A stretch of 64,000 nt of DNA, from IMG/VR virus record IMGVR_UViG_3300031473_000068. One strand, written 5' to 3'. Positions 36,730-46,582 of this stretch are shown piece by piece (position 1 is the stretch's first letter; each line of letters opens with the position of its first letter). The notes beneath the pieces were generated by a model. It worked only from the letters and a program-made list of their open reading frames with translations, was not told the DNA's origin and searched no databases. Both the position numbers and the translations under genes were made by a program. Source of the stretch: a virus.

Positions 36730-37140
36730 ATGTCAATAAATAATTTAAGCCGCCAAACAGGAAATAACGGTGAAGAATACGGGCAATGGGAAACCACTGA
36801 TGCTATTTTATATCCGGTAATATACATTCCTGTATCGGATAAAGAAGCCGGTAAACTCATAATAGATTTCAATGGAGTGAATATTAATACAGTAGCTGCT
36901 GCCGACAGATACATTATTATCAGGTTTAAAAAGGTAAATAATGTCATTTCACTTATAGGCCGTATGGCACCTTTCAATAACGCGGATACAGGGATGACAG
37001 CGGTTGATGTTACCATTTCTGCTTCAACTGATAATACCCAGATTATACTGTCTGTAACTGGTATAGCTAATACAGCAGTCAGACATAGCATTCAAGTGAA
37101 TAAATTGTCAAGTGCCATAAGTTCTGGTGGTTACGGATAA
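36730..37140 (+). CDS. Structural hypothetical protein
   Basis: Beta-rich 136-aa ORF. Confidence 0.55.
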   Translation: MSINNLSRQTGNNGEEYGQWETTDAILYPVIYIPVSDKEAGKLIIDFNGVNINTVAAADRYIIIRFKKVNNVISLIGRMAPFNNADTGMTAVDVTISASTDNTQIILSVTGIANTAVRHSIQVNKLSSAISSGGYG

Positions 37141-37248
37141 TAAACACTATCTTAAAATTTATAACACATCAAAGAGTGTTAACCAATAAAAAGAAAATAG
37201 AAAAAAACCTTAAATAAATTCGGAAATATTTTAAAAACAAAATAAAAA

Positions 37249-38166
37249 ATGGCATCAGCACTCATAACTCCATGCGACGTTACCGAAGAAGAAAGTTTTA
37301 ATACCGGTATTGAAGGCAACTGTGCACTGGGAGTTGCAGCAGGTATTATCATTGTTAATTCAACGGATACATGGACAAAAGCAGATATGGCCGATCCGGA
37401 TGCTTTTATAAAAGCGAGGATACATGCCGGTACTTCTCAACGATTCAGGCCTGTATTCCAGGGGATATTTGATTTTGCCTATGCTAAAGAAAGTGATCAG
37501 ACAGAAGCAAATCCAATTAAAGGTACTACCAGGGTTACACGACCCGGTGGCCTTACCTTCACTTATACCTGGGAGGGTGGACTTTGCTTAGCAGGAAGGC
37601 TCGCAGCAGTGCAGGGTAAAAGTTACCGTTATATTCCTTTTGACTCTGATAGCCAGTTTCTGTTAAATAAAAATCTGGATGGCACATATAGCGGACTTGA
37701 AAGTTCTGATATTACAGCCAATTACAATCCTTTTACGCCTGGCTCTTCAGCAAAAAGCATATTGGTTTTAAACACTCCTTACAAAAAATACGTACGTGCT
37801 GAATTGTTTAAAGCCAATGTTGATTTAACAGACCTGAACGGCCTGATAGATGTTGACATAATCAAAGCAGCAGCAGCCACCACCACGAAGCTTATAATTG
37901 GCGTACAGACACAATGCAAGAAAACTGATTTAATTGCAAAGTACCCAACTGCTATAGCTGATCTTGATTTGTACATAGTTACAAATAAAGCAACCGGCGC
38001 AGTAGTAACACCAACGGCAGCAGCAGTTGTCGGCGGTCGCATAGAGCTTACAGGAACGTATGTAACAGGGCAAACCTATATCGTTACCGGTTCGGCGCCA
38101 TCTGTATGGCTGGCAAACCTTATCGAAGGTTATGATGCAACAAATCCGGTAGAAATAACTGTATAA
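37249..38166 (+). CDS. Major tail tube protein
   Basis: Size, position, beta-rich sequence, C-terminal Ig-like extension. Confidence 0.7.
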   Translation: MASALITPCDVTEEESFNTGIEGNCALGVAAGIIIVNSTDTWTKADMADPDAFIKARIHAGTSQRFRPVFQGIFDFAYAKESDQTEANPIKGTTRVTRPGGLTFTYTWEGGLCLAGRLAAVQGKSYRYIPFDSDSQFLLNKNLDGTYSGLESSDITANYNPFTPGSSAKSILVLNTPYKKYVRAELFKANVDLTDLNGLIDVDIIKAAAATTTKLIIGVQTQCKKTDLIAKYPTAIADLDLYIVTNKATGAVVTPTAAAVVGGRIELTGTYVTGQTYIVTGSAPSVWLANLIEGYDATNPVEITV

Positions 38167-38177
38167 AACATAGAACA

Positions 38178-38384
38178 ATGCTAAAAAATAAGACCAAAGT
38201 AAACGGTGCCTCTGTAAATCTTTCAGAAATTGCAAAGCTTAAAAGCATAGATGAGCTTAAAACACTTGAGATATTTTCCGAAGACGCGGACGCTTCAAAT
38301 CAAAAGGTTTGGGATGCTGCTCAGGAGTTTAAGGCTAAAGTCGAACCGCCTAAAGCCGAACCGCCTAAAGTAGTCAAAAAGTAG
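38178..38384 (+). CDS. Small tail-assembly-associated protein
   Basis: Follows tail tube gene; 15-bp tandem duplication encoding EPPKA/EPPKV. Confidence 0.6.
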   Translation: MLKNKTKVNGASVNLSEIAKLKSIDELKTLEIFSEDADASNQKVWDAAQEFKAKVEPPKAEPPKVVKK

Positions 38385-38415
38385 TAATGGTTATTGAATA
38401 TGGATTAAAAATGGG

Positions 38416-38446
38416 AAAGTCGGCCTGATTACGGCTGACTTTTTTT
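38416..38446 (+). terminator. Rho-independent terminator
   Basis: AAAGTCGGC-loop-GCTGACTTTTTTT. Confidence 0.75.
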
Positions 38447-38450
38447 ATAA

Positions 38451-38924
38451 ATGCTAAACCGCCTAAAAAATAAAATCGCCGCTCTGCAAAAGTTTTCTTT
38501 TGGGGATGAACTAAAGAAAATAGTTGAGGATAATAAAGATAAGTTAGCGGATCTGCAAAGAGATCAATTAGTAAAAGGTAAAGACAGTAATAATAATTAC
38601 ATAAAATTAAAAGATAATCATTCTTACGGTGGAGGTTATAGGCCTTTTACTATTAATGAAAAACAAAGATACGGTAAAGGTACAGGAGCAATAGTAGGTC
38701 ATATTACCTGGTTTATGACAGGCAAATTGCATGAATCAATAAGGGCATTTATATCGGGGGATAAGTTTAGACTAAAATCACATGATTTCAAATTCGAAAA
38801 ATTGATTATTAGAAGTGGTGAAGAAGCGATCGGACTTAATGCAGACAGCAGACGTGAGTTTGTGACTGAAGTTACGCGGCCAAACATTTTAAAGGTTTAT
38901 CAGGAGAAGGTGGCAGGTGTTTAA
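38451..38924 (+). CDS. HK97 gp10-like neck/tail completion protein
   Basis: DQLxxGxD...YRPFTxxxK...TxFxTGxLxxS...GL pattern. Confidence 0.65.
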   Translation: MLNRLKNKIAALQKFSFGDELKKIVEDNKDKLADLQRDQLVKGKDSNNNYIKLKDNHSYGGGYRPFTINEKQRYGKGTGAIVGHITWFMTGKLHESIRAFISGDKFRLKSHDFKFEKLIIRSGEEAIGLNADSRREFVTEVTRPNILKVYQEKVAGV

Positions 38925-38927
38925 TTT
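38917..38927. repeat. Left inverted repeat GTGTTTAATTT
   Basis: Reverse complement at 39575-39585. Confidence 0.7.
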
Positions 38928-39556
38928 GTATGCACTTTATTAGTCATTTGCCTGGCCGAACTGATCATAACGGCAAGCCGGGCGACAGAAGTTCTTTCTT
39001 CATCAATTTTAAAACCTAAAGCTTCTAAACTATTAAGCTGTTCATAGAAGGTTTTAATTGAGTAAGATACCTTTTTGTTTGCCGTTGAATCCGTAATAAA
39101 TTGGTTAAAGTCTTTAAGCAATTCTTCTAACTGCACCTCTTTAAGTTTCTCGCGGGTTTGGGCGTTTTGGACTTGTGTGTGAAGATCATTGATATCATTA
39201 TTAAAAACTAAAGAAATGCCAATCTTCCTGAGCCTTTCAATTGCTTCAAAAGCTTGCGGCAATAGCTCTGTAAAGACACTCGTTTTAATGTAACGGATAT
39301 TTTCATTCAGAATAAAAAAACATGATTTGGCACGTTCTATCCTGCTATATAAAGCATTTATCTTTTTTTGTTTTGTGATTTCAGGCATTTCCGTACCTGA
39401 CAAGTCTATAAACTCAGTCAAAATATTATCCCATGCATACAATAATTCATCTGCGGCCGGTTCGCCTTCAATTATCAGTGCCCCTAAATTATTATCAAAT
39501 TCACAAGAGATAAATATCCTGATACTGCATTCCGAGGCCTTGCTTATTAATTTCAT
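38921..39556 (-). CDS. Pre-tape-measure (tail assembly chaperone-like) protein in inverted orientation
   Basis: Only long ORF here; helical; FIxC...LIIEG...AWxxIxxEF and GFKID patterns resemble Bacteroidota pre-TMP proteins (from memory). Confidence 0.55.
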   Translation of the reverse strand: MKLISKASECSIRIFISCEFDNNLGALIIEGEPAADELLYAWDNILTEFIDLSGTEMPEITKQKKINALYSRIERAKSCFFILNENIRYIKTSVFTELLPQAFEAIERLRKIGISLVFNNDINDLHTQVQNAQTREKLKEVQLEELLKDFNQFITDSTANKKVSYSIKTFYEQLNSLEALGFKIDEERTSVARLAVMISSARQMTNKVHTN

Positions 39557-39574
39557 AAGATATAAATATACAAA

Positions 39575-39585
39575 AAATTAAACAC
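39575..39585. repeat. Right inverted repeat AAATTAAACAC
   Basis: Perfect reverse complement of 38917-38927. Confidence 0.7.
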
Positions 39586-39592
39586 AAAAGCA

Positions 39593-42500
39593 ATGGAGCA
39601 GGATATACTCGATATTGGTTTTAATGTTAAAAAAGCAGAGGCAGAAAAAAATCAAATCATTGCTTATTTTAATGAAGTGCTCTCTTATGAAAACAAGTTT
39701 ACAGGCCTGCAAAAGATATTCAATAATCCAAATTCTAATCTAAGCGATTTTAAAAAGGCAAATGAGGAATTTAAAAAGACAATAAACGAGAACCTTGCTT
39801 TATCAAAAACTTATACCCAGCAGCTTAAGGAAGAAGCAAAGCAACAGGCTGCATCCGCTCAAGCTACGGCAGCTAATGAAAAAGCCAAACGGGAGTTACT
39901 AAAGACCGACCAGGAAACAGCTAAAACGCAGACTTCCAGGGAAAGGGCGACGGCCTCACTTCTAAAAACTCAGCAGGAACAATTAAAGATCGATAATGCT
40001 GATATTAAAATTACCAGGGAAAAGATAAAAAATGAGACAGAGGAACAGAGGTTAGCTCAGGCACAACTGCGCACAGCAGCGCTGCGGGTGGCAGAAAGCA
40101 ATAAGGCATTAGCAATAGATAAGAAAGAAGCAAAGGCCATTGAAGAATTATCCAACGATTACAAACAACTTTCACTGGCCTATGCAGATGCAGCGTTAAA
40201 GGCAAAAAATCTTGCACTGCAGCAGGGCAATAATTCAGCAGCAGCGAAAACTGCCTTAGCGAATGCCAACGCTCTTGGCAACAAATTAAAAGAGGTTGAT
40301 GCACTTACAGGTTCTTTTAATCGTAATGTAGGTAACTACCCTAAATTTGATGCGATAGCTAATTCATTAGGCAGTCTGTTAAAAGGTGCTGGTTTGGCTA
40401 TAGGACTATCCACTGTAACTAATTTTCTTTCATCTTCTGTAGACGAAGCTAATCAGGCCGAGCAGGCTACTACCCGTTTCAGAAATGCGCTGCAAAACAT
40501 TGCCCGTGAAGATGTATTTGACAGGCTAAGCGCAAAAGCAAAATCATTTGTTGATACTTTTCGGTATTTGGATAACGACGACGTAACAGAGGTATTTCAG
40601 CAACTTATTACTTATGGCAAGCTTACTGAAAAACAGATCACGGACCTTACACCGGTTATTGTAAATTTCGCTGCTAAGTCAGGGCTATCGCTAAATGAAA
40701 GTGCTTCGGTAATTATAAAAGCTCTGGAAGGCAATGCCCGGGCTCTTAAAGATTATGGTATAAGTATAAAAGATGGTTCAACTGTTACAGAGCGGTTAGG
40801 TATAATAATGACCGACCTAAAACCAAAAGTGGAAGGTGCGGCAGAGGCATTTCAAAAAACGTCGGCAGGGATTAAAGCAATTGCAACACAGGACATTGCT
40901 AATCTTAAAGAAGAAATAGGGAACAAGCTATTACCCTATTTAGGACAGTTTTATAAGGCTATATCTGAAATCGTTTCAGGGTTCGGAATAATGACAACCT
41001 TCGTTAATGATAAGATTATAGCACCTATTTCAAATGCTTTATCTGTATCGAAGGCATTATTTACTTCCGGATTTTCAGGAGCAAATAAAAGACTGGATGA
41101 AATCACTCAGGAAAGCGAGGCTATTGAACGCAGCATTAAAACACAAAAAGAATTAGCAAAGGTTAGAAAGGTTGTCAATGAGGTTGCTAATGACGCTGCC
41201 GCTAAACCTTTAAAACAACAAAAGGAAATACTGGAAAGCTACCAAAAATTAAAGGAGGCATCATTTAAAACCTATAATGATTTAGCGTCTCGTGGTGAAC
41301 AACTTTCGGATAAGGGTAAGGCTGCGGCAAAAGAATTGTACTTCCAAAGTCAAGCTGTTGTTGCGCTTCAGAAAACAATTGCACAAACCCAGGATAAATC
41401 AATTTTAGGGATTGGCGATCCGGGTAAAGCTGCTAAAAAAGAAAAAGCCCATATCAAAAGCATTGCCGATGCGATCGCCGAACTGCGCAACGAGTTAAAA
41501 GCCCTGCAATCAGAGCAAGACCAGGGCATCATTACTTTTTCAGAAGCGGATACCAAACGAGCCGAAAGGTACAAATCCACTATAGAAGAAATTTTCAAGC
41601 TTAAAGCCAGCGATAAAAGTAAGGAAACGGCAGCAGTAAATCTGGGTTTGGAGCTTAACCCTATCACTCAAAGGATATTAGAAAGGCAGATACATGAACT
41701 GGTAGAAAAGCTTAATAGCAAAGGTGAAAAGATTAATCTGTTAGCGCCTCCGGATCCGGCTAAGTTTGAACAGGAACAAACAAAAGTGTATGAAGCTTCC
41801 ATTCAATTCAGGCAAAAGGTTGCAGAGAAAGATTATGCTCAGCAGCAGGACAGGTTGTTAAGACAATTTTCACAAGGCAAAATAAGCCGTAAAGAGTATG
41901 AACAGGACTTGCTTAATATTCAGGAAGCTTATGCTGAAAAAACAATTCAGTTACAAATCGATGAATATACCGCTTCTCTTAAATACGCCTTTACCGGTGT
42001 AGAAAATACTCAGGAAAACGCAGATAAGCGCTTAGAAATTGAAAAGAAATTAGCAGAGGCTCAACTGCAATTAGACCAAAGGATTTCGGATAGCCATAAG
42101 AAAACTAACGATAAAAGGAGAGAAGATTTAGTTAAGTTTCTAAGTGATGCTCAGGTAATATTTAACCAGGTGGCAGATGTAATAGGCGGGGTAGTTAATA
42201 TCGGTGTTACTAACCAAAAAAATGCTTTGCAGGATTTAGAAGATCAAAGGCAAAAAACCTATCAGCAGGAGGTTGACCGGATACAAAACTCCGTTTTAAG
42301 CGAGCAGGACAAATCGGATAAAATAAAAGTATTAGAGGCAAAGCGACAGGCACAGAAAGAAGAATTTGATCGTAAGAACAGGGAAGCTGACCGAAGGAAA
42401 GCGGCATTTGATAAGCAACAGGCGATATTCAACATTATATTAGAGGGTACTATTGCCGTTGTAAAAGCAGCAGGTAGAAGCCTGTTTGAAGCTATTGCTG

Positions 42501-42922
42501 TGGGTGTCTTATTTGCTGCAAAACTCGCCGTTCTAATTGCTACGCCTTTGCCGAAGTATGCGAAGGGAATTAAAAACAAAGCCGCTGACAGCTTTGGTAT
42601 TGCCGGTGAGGCTGGTCCCGAAGTTATAAAGTTGCCCGGCAAAGAGTCGTTTATTGTTGAAAAAGAAACAATAATGTACATGCCCAAAGGAACCGACATT
42701 ACCCCGCTTTCAAAAGAAGGTATTAATGAAATTATGTATCGCAGCATGGCAAGGCAAACCGCCCAGGTCATAAACTTTAATAACAAAAGCGATAAGTCAG
42801 AACATCTTTTAATGGAGTTAATAAATGAAACACGAAAGGGCAATTCAAAGAAAAGCAGCTTTCAGTTTAATTTTCGGCATGATCCGTCCTGGACTGCTTA
42901 TAAAAATAAATATTATAGCTAA
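39593..42922 (+). CDS. Tail tape measure protein
   Basis: 1109 aa, A/K/E/Q-rich helical, C-terminal PLPKYAKG...AGEAGPE motif. Confidence 0.92.
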   Translation: MEQDILDIGFNVKKAEAEKNQIIAYFNEVLSYENKFTGLQKIFNNPNSNLSDFKKANEEFKKTINENLALSKTYTQQLKEEAKQQAASAQATAANEKAKRELLKTDQETAKTQTSRERATASLLKTQQEQLKIDNADIKITREKIKNETEEQRLAQAQLRTAALRVAESNKALAIDKKEAKAIEELSNDYKQLSLAYADAALKAKNLALQQGNNSAAAKTALANANALGNKLKEVDALTGSFNRNVGNYPKFDAIANSLGSLLKGAGLAIGLSTVTNFLSSSVDEANQAEQATTRFRNALQNIAREDVFDRLSAKAKSFVDTFRYLDNDDVTEVFQQLITYGKLTEKQITDLTPVIVNFAAKSGLSLNESASVIIKALEGNARALKDYGISIKDGSTVTERLGIIMTDLKPKVEGAAEAFQKTSAGIKAIATQDIANLKEEIGNKLLPYLGQFYKAISEIVSGFGIMTTFVNDKIIAPISNALSVSKALFTSGFSGANKRLDEITQESEAIERSIKTQKELAKVRKVVNEVANDAAAKPLKQQKEILESYQKLKEASFKTYNDLASRGEQLSDKGKAAAKELYFQSQAVVALQKTIAQTQDKSILGIGDPGKAAKKEKAHIKSIADAIAELRNELKALQSEQDQGIITFSEADTKRAERYKSTIEEIFKLKASDKSKETAAVNLGLELNPITQRILERQIHELVEKLNSKGEKINLLAPPDPAKFEQEQTKVYEASIQFRQKVAEKDYAQQQDRLLRQFSQGKISRKEYEQDLLNIQEAYAEKTIQLQIDEYTASLKYAFTGVENTQENADKRLEIEKKLAEAQLQLDQRISDSHKKTNDKRREDLVKFLSDAQVIFNQVADVIGGVVNIGVTNQKNALQDLEDQRQKTYQQEVDRIQNSVLSEQDKSDKIKVLEAKRQAQKEEFDRKNREADRRKAAFDKQQAIFNIILEGTIAVVKAAGRSLFEAIAVGVLFAAKLAVLIATPLPKYAKGIKNKAADSFGIAGEAGPEVIKLPGKESFIVEKETIMYMPKGTDITPLSKEGINEIMYRSMARQTAQVINFNNKSDKSEHLLMELINETRKGNSKKSSFQFNFRHDPSWTAYKNKYYS

Positions 42923-42924
42923 CA

Positions 42925-45900
42925 ATGGCAATTCCCACCAATATATTTTTATATGCGATACTCGATAAAGACAACAACTCTTATTATGAAGCAGGAGACG
43001 GTTCGATAATTCTGTCAGCGCAGCCGAGGTTTTTAAAAAGCAAACCTATAGGCTGGAAGGAGATTGAGCTGTCTTTTGACACAGTAGATAAATATTTTTC
43101 AAACGTAAAGGCTTTATCCGTTCCGCTTCAATATGTTTTCGATGGTGCACAAATACTGCGCTGGTTACTGTATAAGAAGAAGGGAATTTTTGAGGAATGC
43201 TATTGCGCCGTTTTCAAATGGAACAGTGAAACGGGTATACATGAACTGGAATATAAAGGCCAGATAGACTTATCAAAAACAACAGATGATCCTAAAATAG
43301 GAGTGACAGTAAATGCCAAAGAAGGCGGGCTGCAAAGTGATTTAGATGCTTATGAAAGTATTACCTATGAATTGCCATTGGACAGAACAAATCCTGATGT
43401 TGTAAAAGTTTTGTTTGATGGAGTGATACTCAAGGATGTCTTCAATTACCGGTCTTATGAAATACAAACAGACGTTACGGCTGCTAATTACATAAGTGAG
43501 ACTCAGCATGGTATTGATAAACCTTATGTAATTGTTCCGCTTACTTTTTTAAACAATGAAGGTGACAGTGTTGGCGTCACGCATGGTGACCCTACTATAG
43601 AAACATTTCACGACTTAACTTTTTTTGATACATCAAGCAATGATTTCTTTGAAAATCTTTCATCATTGCCGATGATTTTAAATATTAATACCGATTATAA
43701 ATTTAGCTTAACAAATAAGTATAATTATAGCAATATAGTAAGCCGTGAAAATTTTAAGGCTTTTATTTTTATAAAACATTTCTATGGATTAGAAACTATT
43801 GAAGTTGCAAATTTTGCTCTAAACATTCCTGATGCTGGCACATATACCATACCTATTAATACTTCTATAGAAGTTCCTGCTAATAGTAAACTGTTCTTTG
43901 TATTCCGGTTTCCTACCGAGGCAGAATTGCAACTTTATAGCCCTTTAGCGCCTGATTTAAAATACCAGGTCACATTTGATGAGAACATTTTTAAAGCGAT
44001 TTTCGATAGCCTTAATCCACCCGCAACAGTATATGCTTTACGGCCCTTAGATATTGCAAATCAATTAGTAAAAAAATGGAACCCCAAATACTCTGTTCAA
44101 AGCGATTTTTTATCACTGCGCAATAATATTACTGCCACTTCCGGACAGGCTTTAAGAGGTTTGCAAGGCGCAGTTCTTAAATGGTCATTTAAAGACTGGT
44201 TTGATGAATATAATTTCCTGTATTGTTTATGTACAAATATTATTGGCAATGTTATTTACATTGACCGAAGGCCTGACAGATACAACGTGACAACCGATAC
44301 AACAATTTTAGATTTAGGTACAGTCTCAAATATTAAAATAAAACCGGGATCAAAGATTTATACATCGGTCAAAACGGGCTGGCCGGATCAGGATTATAAT
44401 GAGCGTAATGGTAAATATGAGTTTAATTCAACTGCAGAATGGAAACTGCCGGTAAATTCAAAAGGAGACGTGCTAAATCTTATCGGTAAAGCCCGCGCTG
44501 ACTGTTACGGCATAGAATTTATCCGGGGAAAATTAAACAATAAAGACACTACGGATAACAAGGGTGACAATGAAGTCTTTTTAGTAAATATTGACAACCT
44601 AAATCCATCGGGGGAAGCTCAGCAAATTGAAATATCGCTAGGTAAAGAGGCGCAGCAGTCGGCAGCACTCGGGGTTATTAACTTTGATTATACTATCAGC
44701 CAAAGTGATGACATAAGAAATTATATTTACGTCAACAGTGCACAAACATCTTTCACATACAGAAATGCCACACCGTTTTTAACCCGTTTCCAGGCTTCTT
44801 TTTACGGAAATAAACCTGCAGGCGTAGAAGCATCTTTCGACTTAACTATAAATGGCCTTGTTTTCAGCACAAGGGTTGTGGCAGCAGCAGAAACTACTTT
44901 TAGAATTGCTTTTGATGTATCTGTACCGCTTCAATTAAATGATGTTGTTGAATTCATAAGCAATAATGAAGCGGTCAATATCACAACAGGGGGCTTAAGC
45001 ATTCAAATTTTGGCGGGTGATAATGCATTAACCTATAATTTAAAACGTGTGGTTTATGACAGTATTACTGGGTTGCCCACGCCTAACGTTGCAGGTCCCG
45101 GCGCCGCTTTTAATATTGAGGAAATGACCCCGGCACGAAAGCTTCGAAACTGGTCGAGCTATCTTCACTCTCTTTTGTTTCAGCTTCCTGATGAAAAAAT
45201 TACATTTCAGACTTCGCCAAAAAATAAAGAGCTAAGCACAACAATAAATGAGGTTGCTATTTCTGAAAAAGCTGATTTGCCGGTATCAAATCTGGACAGT
45301 CCTTTTTTTCTTAACTACACAGATTCATTTTTAACGAAAGTCCCATTAGCCTTCAGCAAAACGCTTTCTAATCTTAAAAATGCAGGAAATGTCAAAACAA
45401 TGTACAATGGTTTTGAAATATTCCTTTTGCCCCTGGGAAAGATGGCCTCAAGGCCAGCGACAAATGAAGCTCAGGAATGGGAGTTATTGCTATCAGCGTA
45501 CAATGACCTCAATACTCTTTACCAGCTATCACAGGAAGGTCTTTATTTATCAGACGGAAATAATCATACTATGAGAATATCAGTTTTCAATCCCGTTCAT
45601 TTTGTTCATTATGATAAGCAACTGAACGCCCGTTTTAAGTATAAAGATATTTTTGACGACTGGGTTCATCACCGCAACGCTCAATTTTATGAGCAGCCGC
45701 ATTACTTTCAAAAATGGGAACTTGCAGATCCTATTGTACTTCAATTCATCACCAATGGTATCGGGCAGATAGAACTTTATGTCTATGATTGCTGGGCTCA
45801 CCAGGTGGGAACGGCCATTGCCTCTGTAATAATGTTAAACCCGGCGGTAAGTACGCCAACTGTGCTGCAGCAAATAACAGTCAACCCAGCCGATTATGGG

Positions 45901-46476
45901 GAAGGCAATTACTTGTTCGTCCTTAAATCGAATGGTACCGCCCTTGCCATTTCCGAATGGCAAAACTTTGCCGAAAAACAGGATGGCACTTATGCAATTG
46001 ATTATTTTAATTCTTACAATAAGCTGAACGGATATTTTGCGGGTTGGAGGCCGATGATACGCTTAGAAGCTATGTGGGATATTGAAATAGGGGAGGGAAG
46101 TTCAACCGATTATGAAGACGAAGAAAGCAGCGAAACTTTAGCGTTCAATACATACACTAACAAGAAAATTTATTTCGGTTATGAGCAGGGGCATCCGGAA
46201 TGGATGCAGATTAAACTAAATAATATATTGCGCTTAGATAATACAAGCATTGAAGGCACTCATATCTACTTACCAGCTAACAGCAAATGGGAAATCATCA
46301 AAACTTCAGGTATTCCGCTGTTCAAATACTCAATTGATCTCAGGCGTGCAAACAGCAGCATGGACTTCAGTGTGTATGCTGATATCAACGATACTGTGGC
46401 AGCAATATATACCGTTGACGCAGAAGCTTACGGCGATGCACCCGGAATAATAAAGGTTGAAATTGATGACAATTAA
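42925..46476 (+). CDS. Distal tail/baseplate hub protein
   Basis: 1183 aa, directly after TMP; PxGW N-terminal motif. Confidence 0.7.
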   Translation: MAIPTNIFLYAILDKDNNSYYEAGDGSIILSAQPRFLKSKPIGWKEIELSFDTVDKYFSNVKALSVPLQYVFDGAQILRWLLYKKKGIFEECYCAVFKWNSETGIHELEYKGQIDLSKTTDDPKIGVTVNAKEGGLQSDLDAYESITYELPLDRTNPDVVKVLFDGVILKDVFNYRSYEIQTDVTAANYISETQHGIDKPYVIVPLTFLNNEGDSVGVTHGDPTIETFHDLTFFDTSSNDFFENLSSLPMILNINTDYKFSLTNKYNYSNIVSRENFKAFIFIKHFYGLETIEVANFALNIPDAGTYTIPINTSIEVPANSKLFFVFRFPTEAELQLYSPLAPDLKYQVTFDENIFKAIFDSLNPPATVYALRPLDIANQLVKKWNPKYSVQSDFLSLRNNITATSGQALRGLQGAVLKWSFKDWFDEYNFLYCLCTNIIGNVIYIDRRPDRYNVTTDTTILDLGTVSNIKIKPGSKIYTSVKTGWPDQDYNERNGKYEFNSTAEWKLPVNSKGDVLNLIGKARADCYGIEFIRGKLNNKDTTDNKGDNEVFLVNIDNLNPSGEAQQIEISLGKEAQQSAALGVINFDYTISQSDDIRNYIYVNSAQTSFTYRNATPFLTRFQASFYGNKPAGVEASFDLTINGLVFSTRVVAAAETTFRIAFDVSVPLQLNDVVEFISNNEAVNITTGGLSIQILAGDNALTYNLKRVVYDSITGLPTPNVAGPGAAFNIEEMTPARKLRNWSSYLHSLLFQLPDEKITFQTSPKNKELSTTINEVAISEKADLPVSNLDSPFFLNYTDSFLTKVPLAFSKTLSNLKNAGNVKTMYNGFEIFLLPLGKMASRPATNEAQEWELLLSAYNDLNTLYQLSQEGLYLSDGNNHTMRISVFNPVHFVHYDKQLNARFKYKDIFDDWVHHRNAQFYEQPHYFQKWELADPIVLQFITNGIGQIELYVYDCWAHQVGTAIASVIMLNPAVSTPTVLQQITVNPADYGEGNYLFVLKSNGTALAISEWQNFAEKQDGTYAIDYFNSYNKLNGYFAGWRPMIRLEAMWDIEIGEGSSTDYEDEESSETLAFNTYTNKKIYFGYEQGHPEWMQIKLNNILRLDNTSIEGTHIYLPANSKWEIIKTSGIPLFKYSIDLRRANSSMDFSVYADINDTVAAIYTVDAEAYGDAPGIIKVEIDDN

Positions 46477-46582
46477 AATTTTCGGATAGAATTTAGTAAG
46501 AAACCAACTTTGATATAACTGCTTTTTACTTGTTATAACAATTCATTCAATCATTTTTTATGATAGCATATTTTGCTTGCGA

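Noticed and set aside
38166-38450. Programmed -1 frameshift for a gpG/gpGT chaperone pair
   Set aside because: No convincing slippery heptamer with an open downstream frame, and a terminator follows the small gene.
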